From NCBI GenBank assembly GCA_964016885.1, contig OZ024743.1, positions 102,672,001 through 102,736,000 of the forward strand: DNA of 64,000 bases. The letters run 5' to 3'. This document shows, piece by piece, positions 1-13,292 of the stretch. This DNA comes from Eledone cirrhosa. Taxonomy: Eukaryota. The notes beneath the pieces were generated by a model that was not told where the DNA came from, searched no databases, and saw nothing but the letters and a program-made list of their open reading frames with translations. Numbering within the stretch: the first letter of the stretch is position 1; each line of letters opens with the position of its first letter. A program made the position numbers and the translations under genes.

Positions 1-930
1 ACAGCCCTCTGGCAGGCGGACCCGGCGATCAGTGGAGACTCCACTTCGTCATTCTATAGAGGGTTGGTCCGCAGCAAGTGCGACGACGCGCTCGGTGAAA
101 CTCTAGGCGTGGAGGAAGATGAACTGGCCAGTCTGTTCGGTAGGACCTTCCGCCCGGGACCGATGGACAACTTCCCAAAGTCCCTGGCCTGGCAGTGCTA
201 CCGAGGAGCTCTACCAGTTCGAGACAAGCTCTACAGACATGGGCGCCCGGGCAGGGACCCTGCAAAAAAGATCTGTCCGAGGTGCGTGCGAGACGAAGAA
301 ACCGTCGCGCACGCATTCATACACTGCCCGGGCGTCACTGACCTGTGGGGCTATGTAGAACGACTATTGTCGCGGGTGGGACCAATCCAGTTGACCACCG
401 AGTCCATTGTCATGATCAAACCGCCACCCTCCTTCAAAAACGAAGGAGAGGCGGTTTTCCTTTGTGTGATAGCTATGGCGAAAGAGGTTGTATGGTGGAC
501 AAGGTTGAAAGGGCTGAGGTCAGACACCTTTCTCTCCGGCCAACAACTGATTCTTTTTTTCAAATACCACTTTGGAAGAAGAATCAGGATGGAGAGAGAG
601 GTGCTGTACCCCAGCAAGTTTTATGAAAGGTGGGTGAAAGTGGCGAGAATGGCCCGAGTGAATGGGCCTTCTCTCTATATCAGCCTGTAGGTTGAGGAAA
701 AGGAGGAGGAGAGGAAAGGAGTACAAGCTCTTCGTACTCCTGGAGATGAGGGTTGCACATTTTTTTCGGGGGTCTGTGTTACCCATATAAACTGTCTCCC
801 TCTATTGGGGAAAATCGACTAACTTTTAAATTCCATCTGTGATAACATTTTACACGTTTTTATTGTATGTAAACTTCCCCCTTTGTATTTGTCCCCTTCT
901 TTTGTGCCCCTGTGGCTAATAAAGAAATAT
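1..930 (+). mobile_element. 3' end of an L1/Tx1-like LINE (ORF2 C-terminus plus 3' UTR), cut by the window edge
   Basis: Frame 1 is open from base 1 to 690 and contains the zinc knuckle CPRC-x8-H-x4-C. The 3' UTR ends AATAAAGAAATATATCT and runs into (TA)n. Near-identical to the reverse complement of ~19529-20460. Confidence 0.9.
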
Positions 931-931
931 A

Positions 932-971
<40 letters not shown>

Positions 972-974
972 TGA

Positions 975-1006
<32 letters not shown>

Positions 1007-1150
1007 ATGGGTCCCAAAAAATGTATACACACCTCAACAGCATTCTAATAAATCTGTATGCATTTTGGGGGGCAAAATGTATATATATATATATATATAT
1101 GTGTGTATGTGTGTGTGTGTGTGGGTGTGTGTGTGTGTGGGTGTGTGTGT

Positions 1151-1241
<91 letters not shown>

Positions 1242-1910
1242 TAAATATAAGTGCATATATTTTTGTATGTATGTATTGAGTCGTCAATTATGAGATTTGT
1301 AGCAATTTATTAAAAAAAAAAAATTTCTACAAATTTTATACTTGACGGCCCAATATATATAAATATGTACGTGTACAGCCACACCCACATATATGTATAT
1401 ATATATATATGTGTGTGTTTGTGTCTGTGTGTGTGTGTGTGTGTGAGCGACAAAACTGTCAGGTAGATGGTGAGGTTGAGAGAGAAAAGTGTGCATTTAT
1501 AAATAGTTTGTCATTGTAAGTTTGAATTATATTTGATTATATTAATTAATATGTGTTTACTTCCTCTACATGCGAAATATTTGGATTGTTTGTTTCTATA
1601 AATGAATAGATTATTTTTTCAGCTTCAGTCGATTATAGAAGATTTATATTTAATAGACGAAATATTCATATTGTATAGGCACTTTAAATATAATTTACAT
1701 TCATAAATGGCCATAAATATTTCTTTTCACTTTGACAGCCATATAATTGTTTGTTCAAATACGACTTAGAAGGAAACACATATGCACACATATATACTCG
1801 TATACGTATATATATATATATATATATATATTTATGTGCGTGTGTGTATGCCTATATATTTATATATACACACATACAAATATATATGTATATACATACA
1901 TATATAAATG

Positions 1911-1969
<59 letters not shown>

Positions 1970-2165
1970 TAATATATATATATACATATATATATTTATA
2001 TATATATATTCATTTATGTATGTATGTATATATACATATATATTTGTATGTGTGTATATATAAATATATATGCGTACACACACACACACATATATATAAA
2101 TATATTCATATATATATATTTATATGTATGTATATATATATATATATATACATATACACTTACAT

Positions 2166-2242
<77 letters not shown>

Positions 2243-2290
2243 CTATATATATATCTATATCTATCTATCTATATATATATATATATATGT
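930..2290. repeat. (TA)n/(TG)n compound microsatellite blocks with a short unique AT-rich spacer
   Basis: Directly visible dinucleotide runs. Confidence 0.95.
1005..1080. mobile_element. Degenerate Tc1/mariner-like MITE
   Basis: GTCCCAAAAAATGTATACACACCTCAACAGCATTCTAA matches the reverse complement of the element at 15388-15489. Flanked by TA repeats. Confidence 0.55.
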
Positions 2291-2375
2291 AGAGGTTATA
2301 TTTAATTTGTTTGGATACAACAAGCAAAATATTTTAATAACTGATATAAAGCATTCAACAAATTATTGGAGTAAA

Positions 2376-4187
2376 TATACAATATATTAACAAATGGAAA
2401 CTATATTTATAAAACATATTTATTTCATTATACATATTTCAAGGGCCACCAAGTCAAACTATGATGCGCTTTCATCAGATAAAATATAATATATGTTGGT
2501 TTTATGAATAAATATTGACATACCCTGAAAATATATGCAACCATTCTGGTTGGAATCTCCTGGATAGTAGAGTTATTAGATTTATTGTTGGTTTATTATG
2601 CAAATTAGTGTCGGAAAGGTTTAAATAACAGTATATTTTAATTAAGCCGTTGGAATAGGGAAAAAAGAAAGAAAGAGGAAAAAAAGAAAGAGAAAAAAAC
2701 GCAAGAAAGAAAGAGAAAAAAACCTGAGTATATTTAAGTAAGAGAAAATAGCGTAATGTTAAGAGAAGAGGCGAAGAAATGAATATAGCGTGGATGAATA
2801 CCGTAGCATGGATAAACAATAAATAATAATAAAGCGTGGATAAATAATAATATCCGGATTCATTATAATGATAAGTTGAAGAATTTTATCTAATGTTTAA
2901 TTAATAAATTTAATTTAATGTTTAATTAATAATTTAATTCAATCCGGAGTTTAAATCTGTATGTTACGTTATTAATATCGAGACCTATATATTATTAAAG
3001 AATATATATTATTAAAATATATATTATTAGAAAATATGTTATTATTAGAAAACCATATTTAATTTTATTAATTATTAATTAATTATTTTAAAAAATTTGT
3101 AAGTTTAAAATATCCGAATATTTCTAAGCCCATGGAAATTCCGAGAGTTTACAGAAGAATAATATATTATTTGTAATAGCAGTAGAGCGTAAAGGAAATT
3201 GCTAGTGATTTATTAATAATTTAGATAGCTCGAAGGATTAAATGCTATAAAGTTATGATGTTAAAAAATTAAGATGGAAAATTTAATTTTTTTAACATCA
3301 TAACTTTATAGCATTTAATCCTTCGAGCTATCTAAATTATTAATAAATCACTAGCAATTTCCTTTACGCTCTACTGCTATTACAAATAATGGATTATTCT
3401 TCTGTAAACTCTCGGAATTTCCATGAGCTTAGAAATACTCGGATATTTTAAACTTACAAATTTTTTAAAATAATTAATTAATAATTAATAAAATTAAATA
3501 TGGTTTTCTAATAATAACATATTTTCTAATAATATATATTTTAATAATATATATTCTTTAATAATATATAGGCCTCGATATTAATTACCTAACATACAGA
3601 TTTAAACTCCGGATTGAATTAATAAATTATTAATTAAATATTTAATCAAATTTATTAATTAAACATTAGATAAAATTCTTCAACTTATCATTATAATGAA
3701 TCCGGATATTATTATTTATCCACGCTTTATTATTATTTATTGTTTATCCATGCTACGGTATTCATCCACGCTATATTCATTTCTTCGCCTCTTCTCTTAA
3801 CATTACGCTATTTTCTCTTACTTAAATATACTCATGTTTTTTTCTCTTTTTTTTCTCTTTCTTTCTTTCGTTTTTTTCTCTTTCTTTTTTTTCTCTTTCT
3901 TTCTTTTTTCCCTATTCCAACGGCTTAATTTAAATATACTGTTATTTAAACCTTTCCGACACTAATTTGCATAATAAACCAACAATAAATCTAATAACTC
4001 CACTATCCAGGAGATTCCAATCAGAATAGTTGCATATTTTTTCAGGGTATGTCAATATTTATTTATAAAACTAACATATATTATATTTTATCTGATGAAT
4101 GCGCACCATAGTTTGCCTTGGTGGCCCTTGAAATATGTATAATGAAATAAATATGGTTTTATAAATATAGTTTCCATTTGTTAATAT

Positions 4188-4195
<8 letters not shown>
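2376..4195. repeat. ~1.8-kb palindrome (foldback) with ~0.9-kb arms and a ~10-nt spacer
   Basis: Centre reads ATGATGTTAAAAAATTAA-GATGGAAAAT-TTAATTTTTTTAACATCAT (~3255-3301). The arms stay complementary out to ~2376 and ~4195. The same ORF start appears on both strands (2502..2819 minus, 3740..3928 plus). Confidence 0.95.
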
Positions 4196-4226
<31 letters not shown>

Positions 4227-4384
4227 CGAAGGAAGTGTGGCAAGTAACCAGATGGACCGTAACGCACCAGAGTACTCGATACGTAGGGTTGTAGAGTTGG
4301 TAAGAGGAAAATGTTTAACCCTCCACGTAGACCTCAAGCCGTTTCGGCGGCTTGAGCTCTGCCGTCGGGGATAAACATTTTCCT

Positions 4385-4462
<78 letters not shown>

Positions 4463-4465
<3 letters not shown>

Positions 4466-4680
4466 ATGTGAGAAAAACCACAGACCGTCCATGTCAACTC
4501 ACCCTTTGAAAAGCAGAAGAACTGCGAAACTGGTAAAGGAACCAAATAAATATATATATATGTTTTTTTTAAATAAGACTCCAGTTGCATTTTCGATTTC
4601 ATCTCTTTTTCTTTATACTTTCACTCGTGTAGGACACCTCGGTTATTTTTCATTTTGTAAAAAAAACCTCACTTTCTAAT
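4463..4680 (+). mobile_element. Solo Penelope-like 3' terminal repeat (family A) inside (TA)n
   Basis: Homologous to 11485-11670, 27517-27750 and, in reverse, to ~7005-7150 and ~29578-29790. Contains a hammerhead-like motif at 4502-4540. Confidence 0.8.
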
Positions 4681-4714
<34 letters not shown>

Positions 4715-4796
4715 ATATATACACAAAGGAAGTTCAGCATAATCGAAGCTCTGGCTTCAGCTATGCTAACGAATGCAATCGGAATGTGTATATATA

Positions 4797-5660
4797 TGGT
4801 TGGTTTTCGCTTCTGTGTCTTTTATATCGGTAATCTAATTTATTCGGTCCTCAATGTTGCCATTGACTGACCAACGGTAAAAAATAATACAGATACAATA
4901 TAAACACAAACACATATATATAGGGTACTTGCAAAAACATGACAACAACATACATAGGCGAGACAGCTCGTAGCATAGGTTAAAGGATAGACCAACACTG
5001 GGGGGAACTAAAAGGACGAAAAAACGGTTCAGTACTATACGAACATGCCAAACAACAACACGACGGTAATATAGACAACAGAGAAATTAGAATATCTAAA
5101 CATAGAAATGACCCAGCGGAATAGGCAAATCAGAGAGGCCATTGTAATAGAACTTAGAAGGCCAAGGCTGAATGGAATAACAACAAAACCCAAACAAACA
5201 ACACTGACCTAAGAGAAGTATAAATAAATAAATAGATAAATAAATAAATAAATAAATACATACACAACCACAAAAACAACAAACACATATAAACACACAC
5301 TAGTAAATATAGAATACATTAACCAATACACAGTCACCCAATCACGAACACACATCTAACAAAACACTATACACACACGCAAACGCATGCTCAAAGAAGA
5401 CAAAATAAAATAAACAAATAAATAAATATATACACTGACTAAATAAAGATGGCGTAGAAAATACAATGCAACGGGAGGAAACAATAGCACCACTGACGTG
5501 TTGCAGATGTGCAACGAAAGAACTTTGATAAACTATATATATGTGTTTGTGTCTATATTGTATCTGTATTATTTTTGACCGTTGGTCAGTCAATGGCAAC
5601 ATTGAGGACCGAATAAATTAGATTACCGATATAAAAGACACAGAAGCGAAAACCAACCAA
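4797..5660 (+). mobile_element. Truncated Penelope-like element (GIY-YIG remnant plus 3' UTR) bounded by ~125-bp inverted repeats
   Basis: ~4948-5010 translates as TYIGETARSIG*RIDQHWGEL, similar to the GIY-YIG domain at 57.9/59.8 kb. 4797-4920 is the reverse complement of ~5535-5660. Confidence 0.75.
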
Positions 5661-5727
5661 ACAGTGAATGTGTTCTGTTATTAATTCTGGCAATATTACA
5701 CAAATATGACCCCCCCCCCCCCAAGTA

Positions 5728-5805
<78 letters not shown>

Positions 5806-5912
5806 TAAATATATATATGTATACGAATAACATTAAAAAATAATGCTGATATTACATAAATCGTTTATTCATTATAATTATTTCAATGGTTCCCTTATGC
5901 AATCTTATATAT

Positions 5913-6517
5913 ATTATATTATATTATATTATATTATATTATATTATATTATATTATATTATATTATGTTATGTTATGTTATGTTATGTTATGTTATGTT
6001 ATGTTATGTTATGTTATGTTATGTTATGTTATGCTATGCTATGCTATGCTATGCTATGCTATGCTATGCTATGCTATGCAATGCAATGCTATGCTATGCT
6101 ATGCTATGCTATGCTATGCTATGCTATGCTATGCTATGCTATGTTATGTTATGTTATGTTATGTTATGTTATGTTATGTTATGTTATGTTATGTTATGTT
6201 ATGTTATGTTATGTTATGTTATATTATATTATATTATATTATATTATATTATATTATATTATATTATATTATATTATATATTATTTTATATTATATTATA
6301 TTATATTATATTATATTATATTATATTATATTATTTTATATTATATTATATTATATTATATTATATTATATTATATTATATTATATTATATTATATTATA
6401 TTATAATATAATATAATATAATATAATATAATATATTATATTATATTATATTATATTATATTATATTATATTATATTATATTATATTATATTATATTATA
6501 TTATATTATATTATATT
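5913..6517. repeat. Compound pentanucleotide microsatellite (ATATT/ATGTT/ATGCT/ATGCA)
   Basis: Directly visible 5-bp periodicity. Confidence 0.97.
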
Positions 6518-6518
6518 A

Positions 6519-6710
6519 AAGGCGGTGGATTGGCAGTATCGGTAGAGGGTCGGACACCATGCTTTTACGCATAGAGTTACGGCCCTTGCCATTCTGAATT
6601 CAAATCCCGCCGAGTTTAACTTTGCCTTTCATCCTTACGGGGTCGAGAAAATAAAGTACCAGTAATGCACTGGTAATTGCTGGCCTTGTGCCAAAAGTAG
6701 AAACAATTAT
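6519..6710 (+). mobile_element. tRNA-derived CORE-type SINE (octopus OR-like), full length
   Basis: A-box-like TGGCAGTATCGG, B-box-like TTCAAATCC, body GCCTTTCATCCTTACGGGGTCGA, tail CTTGTGCCAAAAGTAGAAACAATTAT. Many copies in the window. Confidence 0.85.
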
Positions 6711-7579
6711 ATTATATTATATTATATTTTATTGTATTATATTATATATTATATCATATTATACATATATCTATCTGTATGGGTATATATATGTTATAGA
6801 TATTTAAAGAAAAGTCTTGGTAGTGTGGTATAAATTTGAAAACGATTAGAATGAATTTTCTCGTGGTTTAACACACACGCGTGCACACACAGATACACGC
6901 CATAACACACAAAGAGAAGAAAAGGAATATATATATATATATATATAAGTTTATCCCGGGTTCAATCGGGGGTAACCTCAGTAAGTAAGCTAATCAATAC
7001 AATATATAAGGAAAAAAGATGAAATTGAAAATGCAACTGGAGTCTTTTTTACAAATATATATATATTTATTTGGTTCCTTTACCGGTTTCGCAGTTCTTC
7101 TGCTTTTCAAAAGTAGAATTGAGATGGGGGTTTGTGGTTTTTGTCATTTCTGGTTGGTCTTTGAAGGTTACTTCTGTTTTATATGGAAAAAAAAGTGGCT
7201 CGAAATGCCCGGTTTTTAGAGAAGTAATTTGATTGGTTAGTGAATAAGTATAATAAATTTCGCGCCAGTTCGCGTTACAAAGTTCTTATTATATTTGCCT
7301 TCAAACAAAGAGGGGGCTCAGGTTGTTTTTTTTATATACGAGTGAAGTTTGGTTGGTTGATGCAGTCACGTGAATAAGCACATCAGCTTTCGCTCCAGTT
7401 TGTGTTTGAATTTCATTTTGCTTAACAAAACGTGGCTCACGAAGGCTTCTTTTTATAAATGTAATTTGATTGGTTATAAATGAAATTATGACTGTCACGT
7501 GAACAAGTACATTAAATTTCGCGCCCGAATTTGGGAATTTATTTTGTAGCCTTTTAGAGAATTTTGTGCCAAACAAAAG

Positions 7580-7740
7580 ATAATTGTTTCTACTTTTGGC
7601 ACAAGGCCAGCAATACCCAGTGTAATACTGGTACTTTATTTTATCGACCCCTTAAGGATGAAAGGCAAAGTTAACCTCAGCGGGATTTGAACTCAGAATG
7701 GCAAGGGCCGTAACTCAATACGTCAAAGCGATACTGCCAT
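7580..7740 (-). mobile_element. SINE (same family, 5'-truncated) inserted in the PLE 3' UTR
   Basis: Reverse complement of the SINE body and tail. The empty site is visible in the paralogous UTR at ~30137-30165. Confidence 0.85.
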
Positions 7741-8338
7741 GGGATGGGGAGAATTGTTCTGGTTCAGTGAATAAGACTGGTGCGCGGGGGTGTCAGAATT
7801 CAGACTTTCTATTGAAATAAAGAAAGTAGAGATATGTATGTTTATTTGTATGCTTGTGTGTGTGTGGGGGGGGGGGGTTCTATTAGTAGAAATGGGGGAG
7901 GGAGTTTTGTGTGTGTGTATGTGTGTGTGGGAGTATGATTAGCATGTTAAGATGGAGAGAATATATATAGTTTGTGTATGTGTGTGTAGGAAAATGATTC
8001 TAATAGTAGAAATGGGAGAGGGAGTTGTGTGTGTGTGTGTATGGGTGTTATGTGTGTGTGTGTATGTGTGTGGGAGTAAGGTTAGCTTGTTAAGATGGAG
8101 AGAATATATATATTTTATATTTGCGCGTGTGTAGGAAAATGATTCCGTTAGTAGAAATGGAGGAGGGGGTTATGTGTGTGGGGCTGTGGTTAGCATGTTA
8201 AGGTGTTAGAAGATTAACGTATGTTAAGGTTTATTTAGTTCTGGTTTTTATTTTCTAAAGTAGAAGGTGTTATGTGTGTGTGTGTGTGTATGTGTCTGTT
8301 TGGTTGATTAGCATGTTATGGTGTTGACATAATGTATA

Positions 8339-11230
8339 CTAAACTATATTTAATGCTAGTCTATGTTTTTGAATGAACATATTTTCCTTATTTATTCGTA
8401 TTTGTTCTGTCAGGGCAAAGATACAATGGGAAGACTTTGAATTTGGTGTCTTATTACTTGCACATATGTCTAGATGTGCACTTAGTGGTATCTGTTTCGT
8501 GGTTGGATCTCGTAATTGTTGGCGCTGAACTGTCATTCTGCTTCTGAGTGTGAGATTAGTTTGTCCTGTATAATCTTCATTGCATCCTTTACTTTACTTT
8601 AATGGCATAAATTAGATTTTTTGATGAGCAAGTGAAGTGATTTTTTACAGCAAGATTTTGTCCTGATTGAAATGTATACGTGTTGCCTTCAATTGAGGTG
8701 AGTGCAGGTTCCATAATTAGAGCGACCACATTTTTTGATAATTGGCTGTGGGTTTGTGGTATGTAATTTGGCATTGGTGAATAATGTTTTTAGTAATTTC
8801 GGTTGTCTTTTGCTTTTGATTATTTTGTGTGTTTCAAGGGCTTTTTTCATTCTTGGGTCTTGTTTCAATAGTGGGATGTTCTTGTGAGTAGTGTTGTAAG
8901 CTTCCAAATTTCTTGGGTTGTGTATTGAGATATATGATAGAATATTGGACGTACCTTGAATTTGTTTCTGTTTTCGTAAATCATCATTGCCTATTGCTTT
9001 AGCCCTTTCTATTCCATTGTGTATTAGTAATGGTGGGTACTGTTTTTCGAGTAGAATTTCTTTTGATTCTTGAAGTCTTTTATTTCGCGTTTCATAATTG
9101 GAGACAATAGTGCAAATTTTTCTTGCTAGGTTAAAAGGTATGTTCGTCTTCGTGTGCTTTGTATGGTTGGAGGTGAATAGCAGGTATTGTTTGGAATCTG
9201 TTGGTTTGTAGTATATGTCAGTTTCAATATTTTTGTCTTTTTTTAAGATTAAGATGTCCAGAAATGGGAGTTGATATTGGCTGTATTCCATTGTGAATTG
9301 GATGTGGTTATTGATGCCATTGATTAAATTTTTGAAATCATTTAGTTGGTCGAGTGTGTGAGACCAAAGAATGAGACAATCATCCAAGTAGCGTTTCCAA
9401 TCCTCTGATAAATATTTGTGGAAGTTCAATCCGTATTTTGATTTGGACTGTTCATATATCTGGACTTCCAAGTATGCCATGATTCTAAGTTGGCATAAGT
9501 TGGAGCGGCTTTTGTACCCATCGCAGTCCTCAATATTTGCTTGTAAGTACTGCCATCGAAATAAAAAATGTTCTGTAAAATAAATGTTAATCCCTCGATG
9601 ATGAAGCTTTTTTCTATTCTGTCAGGTATCTCATTGGGATATTTCTCTACCCAGAATCCTATTGCTTCTAGTCCGTATTGGTGTGGGATCGTTGTGTAGA
9701 GATTCACTACATCGAAAGACACAATAATAGTGTCGTTGTTGACATGTTTGGGGGGGGGGGGGTTAAGAGGTCCAGATCGTTTCTTACAAGGCTTGGTATG
9801 TGTTCACGCTGGTTGAGGTGGATTGTTTACAGGCATCGTTAATTATTTTACACTTGTGGATCTTCGGAAGTCCGTAAATGTTGCTGGTTTTGTATTCAAA
9901 ATGTGTTAAATAATCGCGTTCCTTTTTAGTTAAGTCTTCCTGGTATCGACAAATGTATGTGTTTAATCTGTTCATCGTTTTTGATTGCTGGTAGTTTTTT
10001 ACTCTTTCATAGTAGTTATTATTTTGTAAGAGAGAGAACATAGAATGTTTATATTGTTCAGAATCCATAATGACGACAGTACTTCCCTTGCCCGCTTCCT
10101 TAATTATAATGTCCGTATTTTTTTTAGTTCATGTATACTCTCCCATTCCCTTTGATTCGTGTTGGGGTTGGGTTTAGGTTGCGGTAGTTCATGGTATGGG
10201 AAAGTTGCTATGTGGTCACAAAATTTGTCCAGAACTCTGTTTCTACCTTTTGTTGGGTTGCAGCTGCTTTTATTCCGTACAATTGGTTGGTCGTTATTCT
10301 CCTTGTCAAAAAATTCCTCTGTGAGACGTAATTTTCTACAGAAGTGTGAGATATCGTCATTTATCTCATTGAGGTTAGAGTATTGTGGTGTTGGTGTGAA
10401 TTTCAGTCCTTTGGAGAGAATTTTCTTTTGTTGGGCTGAGAAGTTTGTATTTGAATGGTTGATTATTTTCTGTTTTTCAAAATCGGTTTGTGCCACAGGA
10501 TGTCGTTGGTCCTGTAGCCTTGGTCTAAAAAATGATTTGTCTAAATTGTTTTTTCATAGGTATTATTATATGTAATGACATTTCCCCTGTTTTTGTGTGG
10601 TCTTGTATAGAAGTTTCGGACGTATTGAGGTTCGTTTTGTTGATGGTCCGGGTTGTAGATTTTCTTCGTTTGTGTGGGTTGGGATCTACGATTTGGGAAC
10701 AGGAGCTGTGTGGGTTGGGGTCTACGGTTTGGGAATAGGTTTTGTGTGGTTGTGATCTGCGGATCGGGTCCTGTCTTGTGTTGGGGGACACTCGGTTTTT
10801 GTTATTAGGGTTATAGTTTTGTATATGGGTTCTGGGATTATCGTCATAGTTTTTCTGTTGGTATGTTGGACGTTTTGTTACTTTTCCTGTTATTTGTTGT
10901 GCGTGTAGTGTGTGAGTTTTAGTTTGTTTTTAAAATGGGTTACCTGTATGTTGTTCATTTTTGAAATCCATTTCGCTGAACCAGGTGGCGTTTTTTTTTC
11001 CCATCACTGGAGGGATGTTAGTTCTTCATCATCACAATTTTCTTTCCAAAGTTTTAAGGGATTTTCATAGAGAAGGCTTTCAGAGTGCCTTGAGATTTCT
11101 GTTTCCATCTGTTGGTTGAGTGATTTGAATTTTTCTTCGTTGGAGTTGGCTCTTAAGCGCAACAGTTCTATTTCTATTTTTAACTTTTCTAACGCCATCT
11201 TCTCGCTAAGTTTTTGTTGGTTTTCTGGTT
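8339..11230 (-). pseudogene. PLE reverse transcriptase / GIY-YIG endonuclease, disrupted
   Basis: RT and GIY-YIG motifs are collinear but split over several frames by stops and frameshifts. Confidence 0.88.
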
Positions 11231-11665
11231 CATTCGGGATGAGTTTTATTTGGCGCGAAAGCTGATGTGCTTATTCACGTGACTGCATCAACCAACCAAA
11301 CTTCACTCATATATGAAAAACGACCGGACCCCCCCCCCTTTTGCTTGAAGGCATATAAAATAAGAACTTTGTAACGCGAACTGGCACGAAATTTAATATA
11401 CTTATTCACCAACCAATCAAACCTGGCATTTCGAGCCACTTTTTTCCATATAAAACAGAAATAACCTTCAAAGACCAACCAGATGTGAGAAAAACCACAA
11501 ACCCTCCATCTCAATTCTACTTTTGAAAAGTAGAAGAACTGCGAAACCGGTAAAGGAACCAAATAAATATATATATTTTTTTAAAAAGACTCCAGTTGTA
11601 TTATCAATTTCATCATTTTTCCTTATACTTTCACTCGTGTAGGACACCGGTTATTTTTCATTTTG

Positions 11666-11721
<56 letters not shown>

Positions 11722-12388
11722 TTGTATGATATATTCCTGAAAAAATATATTATATATATATATATATATAGGTTGTATGATATATTCCTGAAAAAAATAT
11801 TATTTATGTGGTAACAAACATATTTTCAAAACCGTTATATGACATGACATAACATTATCGATATCTTAAGTGAACCTGAAACTTTATTTACATTATCTTT
11901 CATCAATAGTAAAATATGTAGTGTCATTGATACGATTTTCAGTTCGTTTTATCTTACCCATATTTTTTTGTCTTTGTAAAACGAGTATCTGCAGTATTTT
12001 CCGTGAATGATTACCAGATAAATGGTTTAGTGTCATGTAAGACAAATTATTTCGATTAGGTTTTGAAACAGTTTGACTCACCCTCAAACATCTCTCTTTT
12101 TTACATTCCCGTATGTTAGGAAAGCCAAAAGCATGTTGATGTATTTTTCACACAATTTTCCCTGAAAGTGTCGTCCAGTGTTAAGCTTCCTAGTAACATA
12201 TATTTTTATAATTATATATCTATCATAAAATAATATATTTCTTATGAAAGTTTTCTCAGGAATATCTGATTTACTTAGTCAGATAGATTCTGAATATTCA
12301 TGCTTGGAAACACATGCAGAGGATGTTTGACGCCGATTTCTCTTGTCTGTGTGTATGTGTGTATTTGTGTGTGTGTGTGTGTGTGTGT

Positions 12389-12455
<67 letters not shown>

Positions 12456-13292
12456 TGTGTGTGTGTGTGTGTGTTTATCAAGAAATGATCGCATCTAACG
12501 TTAATATATATATGTCAGCAGAAAAGACAAACAAGCAGCTGCATCTTTACCTCGACGTTCACCTTGCTCGTGTACAAATTAGTGACTTGCGGTGGTATTA
12601 CATTTGTAATAATAATTTGCACAATAGTTTGGAGAACCGCTCTGTCGGTAAGATGCATGTGAGCCATCTACTATAAATAAATTACACATGTACACCCTCT
12701 CTCCTCTATTTCATCATTATTTCCTCTCTGTTCCCTTTCTCTCTCCACCCCTCACACATGCACACGTTCTCTCCCTATTTTCTACACACTCCTTGTTTCT
12801 CTTTCTCGCTCTCATTTGTCTGATTCCTTCTTGTCATTTTACCTTTTTTTTGTTCTTTTTTTTTCTGAGCAATGATAGATAGCAGACCATTTTCTTCAGC
12901 TCCGTAACCCAACCACATGCATCTAACCAAAGTCATGTACAGCTTGTCATTTATACTAGAGTTAATCATGTTACACTTTTTACATGTTAAGTCCATTGTC
13001 TATTTTTTTAGGCGTAATTTTTTACCTATTAATCTCTCTTTTGGACGAAAAATCCATACATTTTCCTGTTCGTTTTTGGTTTTGTTATCGTTTCACATGC
13101 ATTTTACCAAGAAATCGGTTGCTCAATCTGGTGTTATAAGTAAACTACCACATTAACGTGCGAAACTGCACGCCATCAAGCAAGCTGTTTTTTCCACCTA
13201 TGTAACTGCATTGTCTGCTGATGTTAATTCATATATATACTTTGTATTTTTTTGCAAGATTTCTTATCTGTAAACGTGTATTGAAACATATA

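Larger units (their letters stand above)
7005..11670 (-). mobile_element. Near full-length, decayed Penelope-like element (family A, Neptune-like) with an inverted terminal repeat at its 5' end
   Basis: Frameshifted ORF pieces: LSKGLKFTPTP (10104..10496), YGLPKIHK (9784..10068), SFDVVNLYT and TAMGTKAAP (9426..9722), RYLDDC (8689..9480), then a Cys linker and NLIYAI...YTGQT GIY-YIG (~8340-8640). 7005-7396 is inverted at ~11251-11627. Confidence 0.9.

Noticed and set aside
883-2390. Many ORFs rich in YI/CV/HT (also at 5.8-6.4, 12.3, 13.9, 15.2, 27-28, 43.0, 55.1 and 60.8 kb)
   Set aside because: These are translations of stop-free microsatellites, not genes.
6519-6612. tRNA gene at SINE heads
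   Set aside because: A/B boxes are present but there is no complete cloverleaf, and the head is always joined to the SINE body and tail.
11850-12180. Possible piggyBac-like C-terminal remnant (HLSGNH...DTTYF, minus strand)
   Set aside because: The cysteines are not preserved and there are no TIRs; too weak without a profile search.
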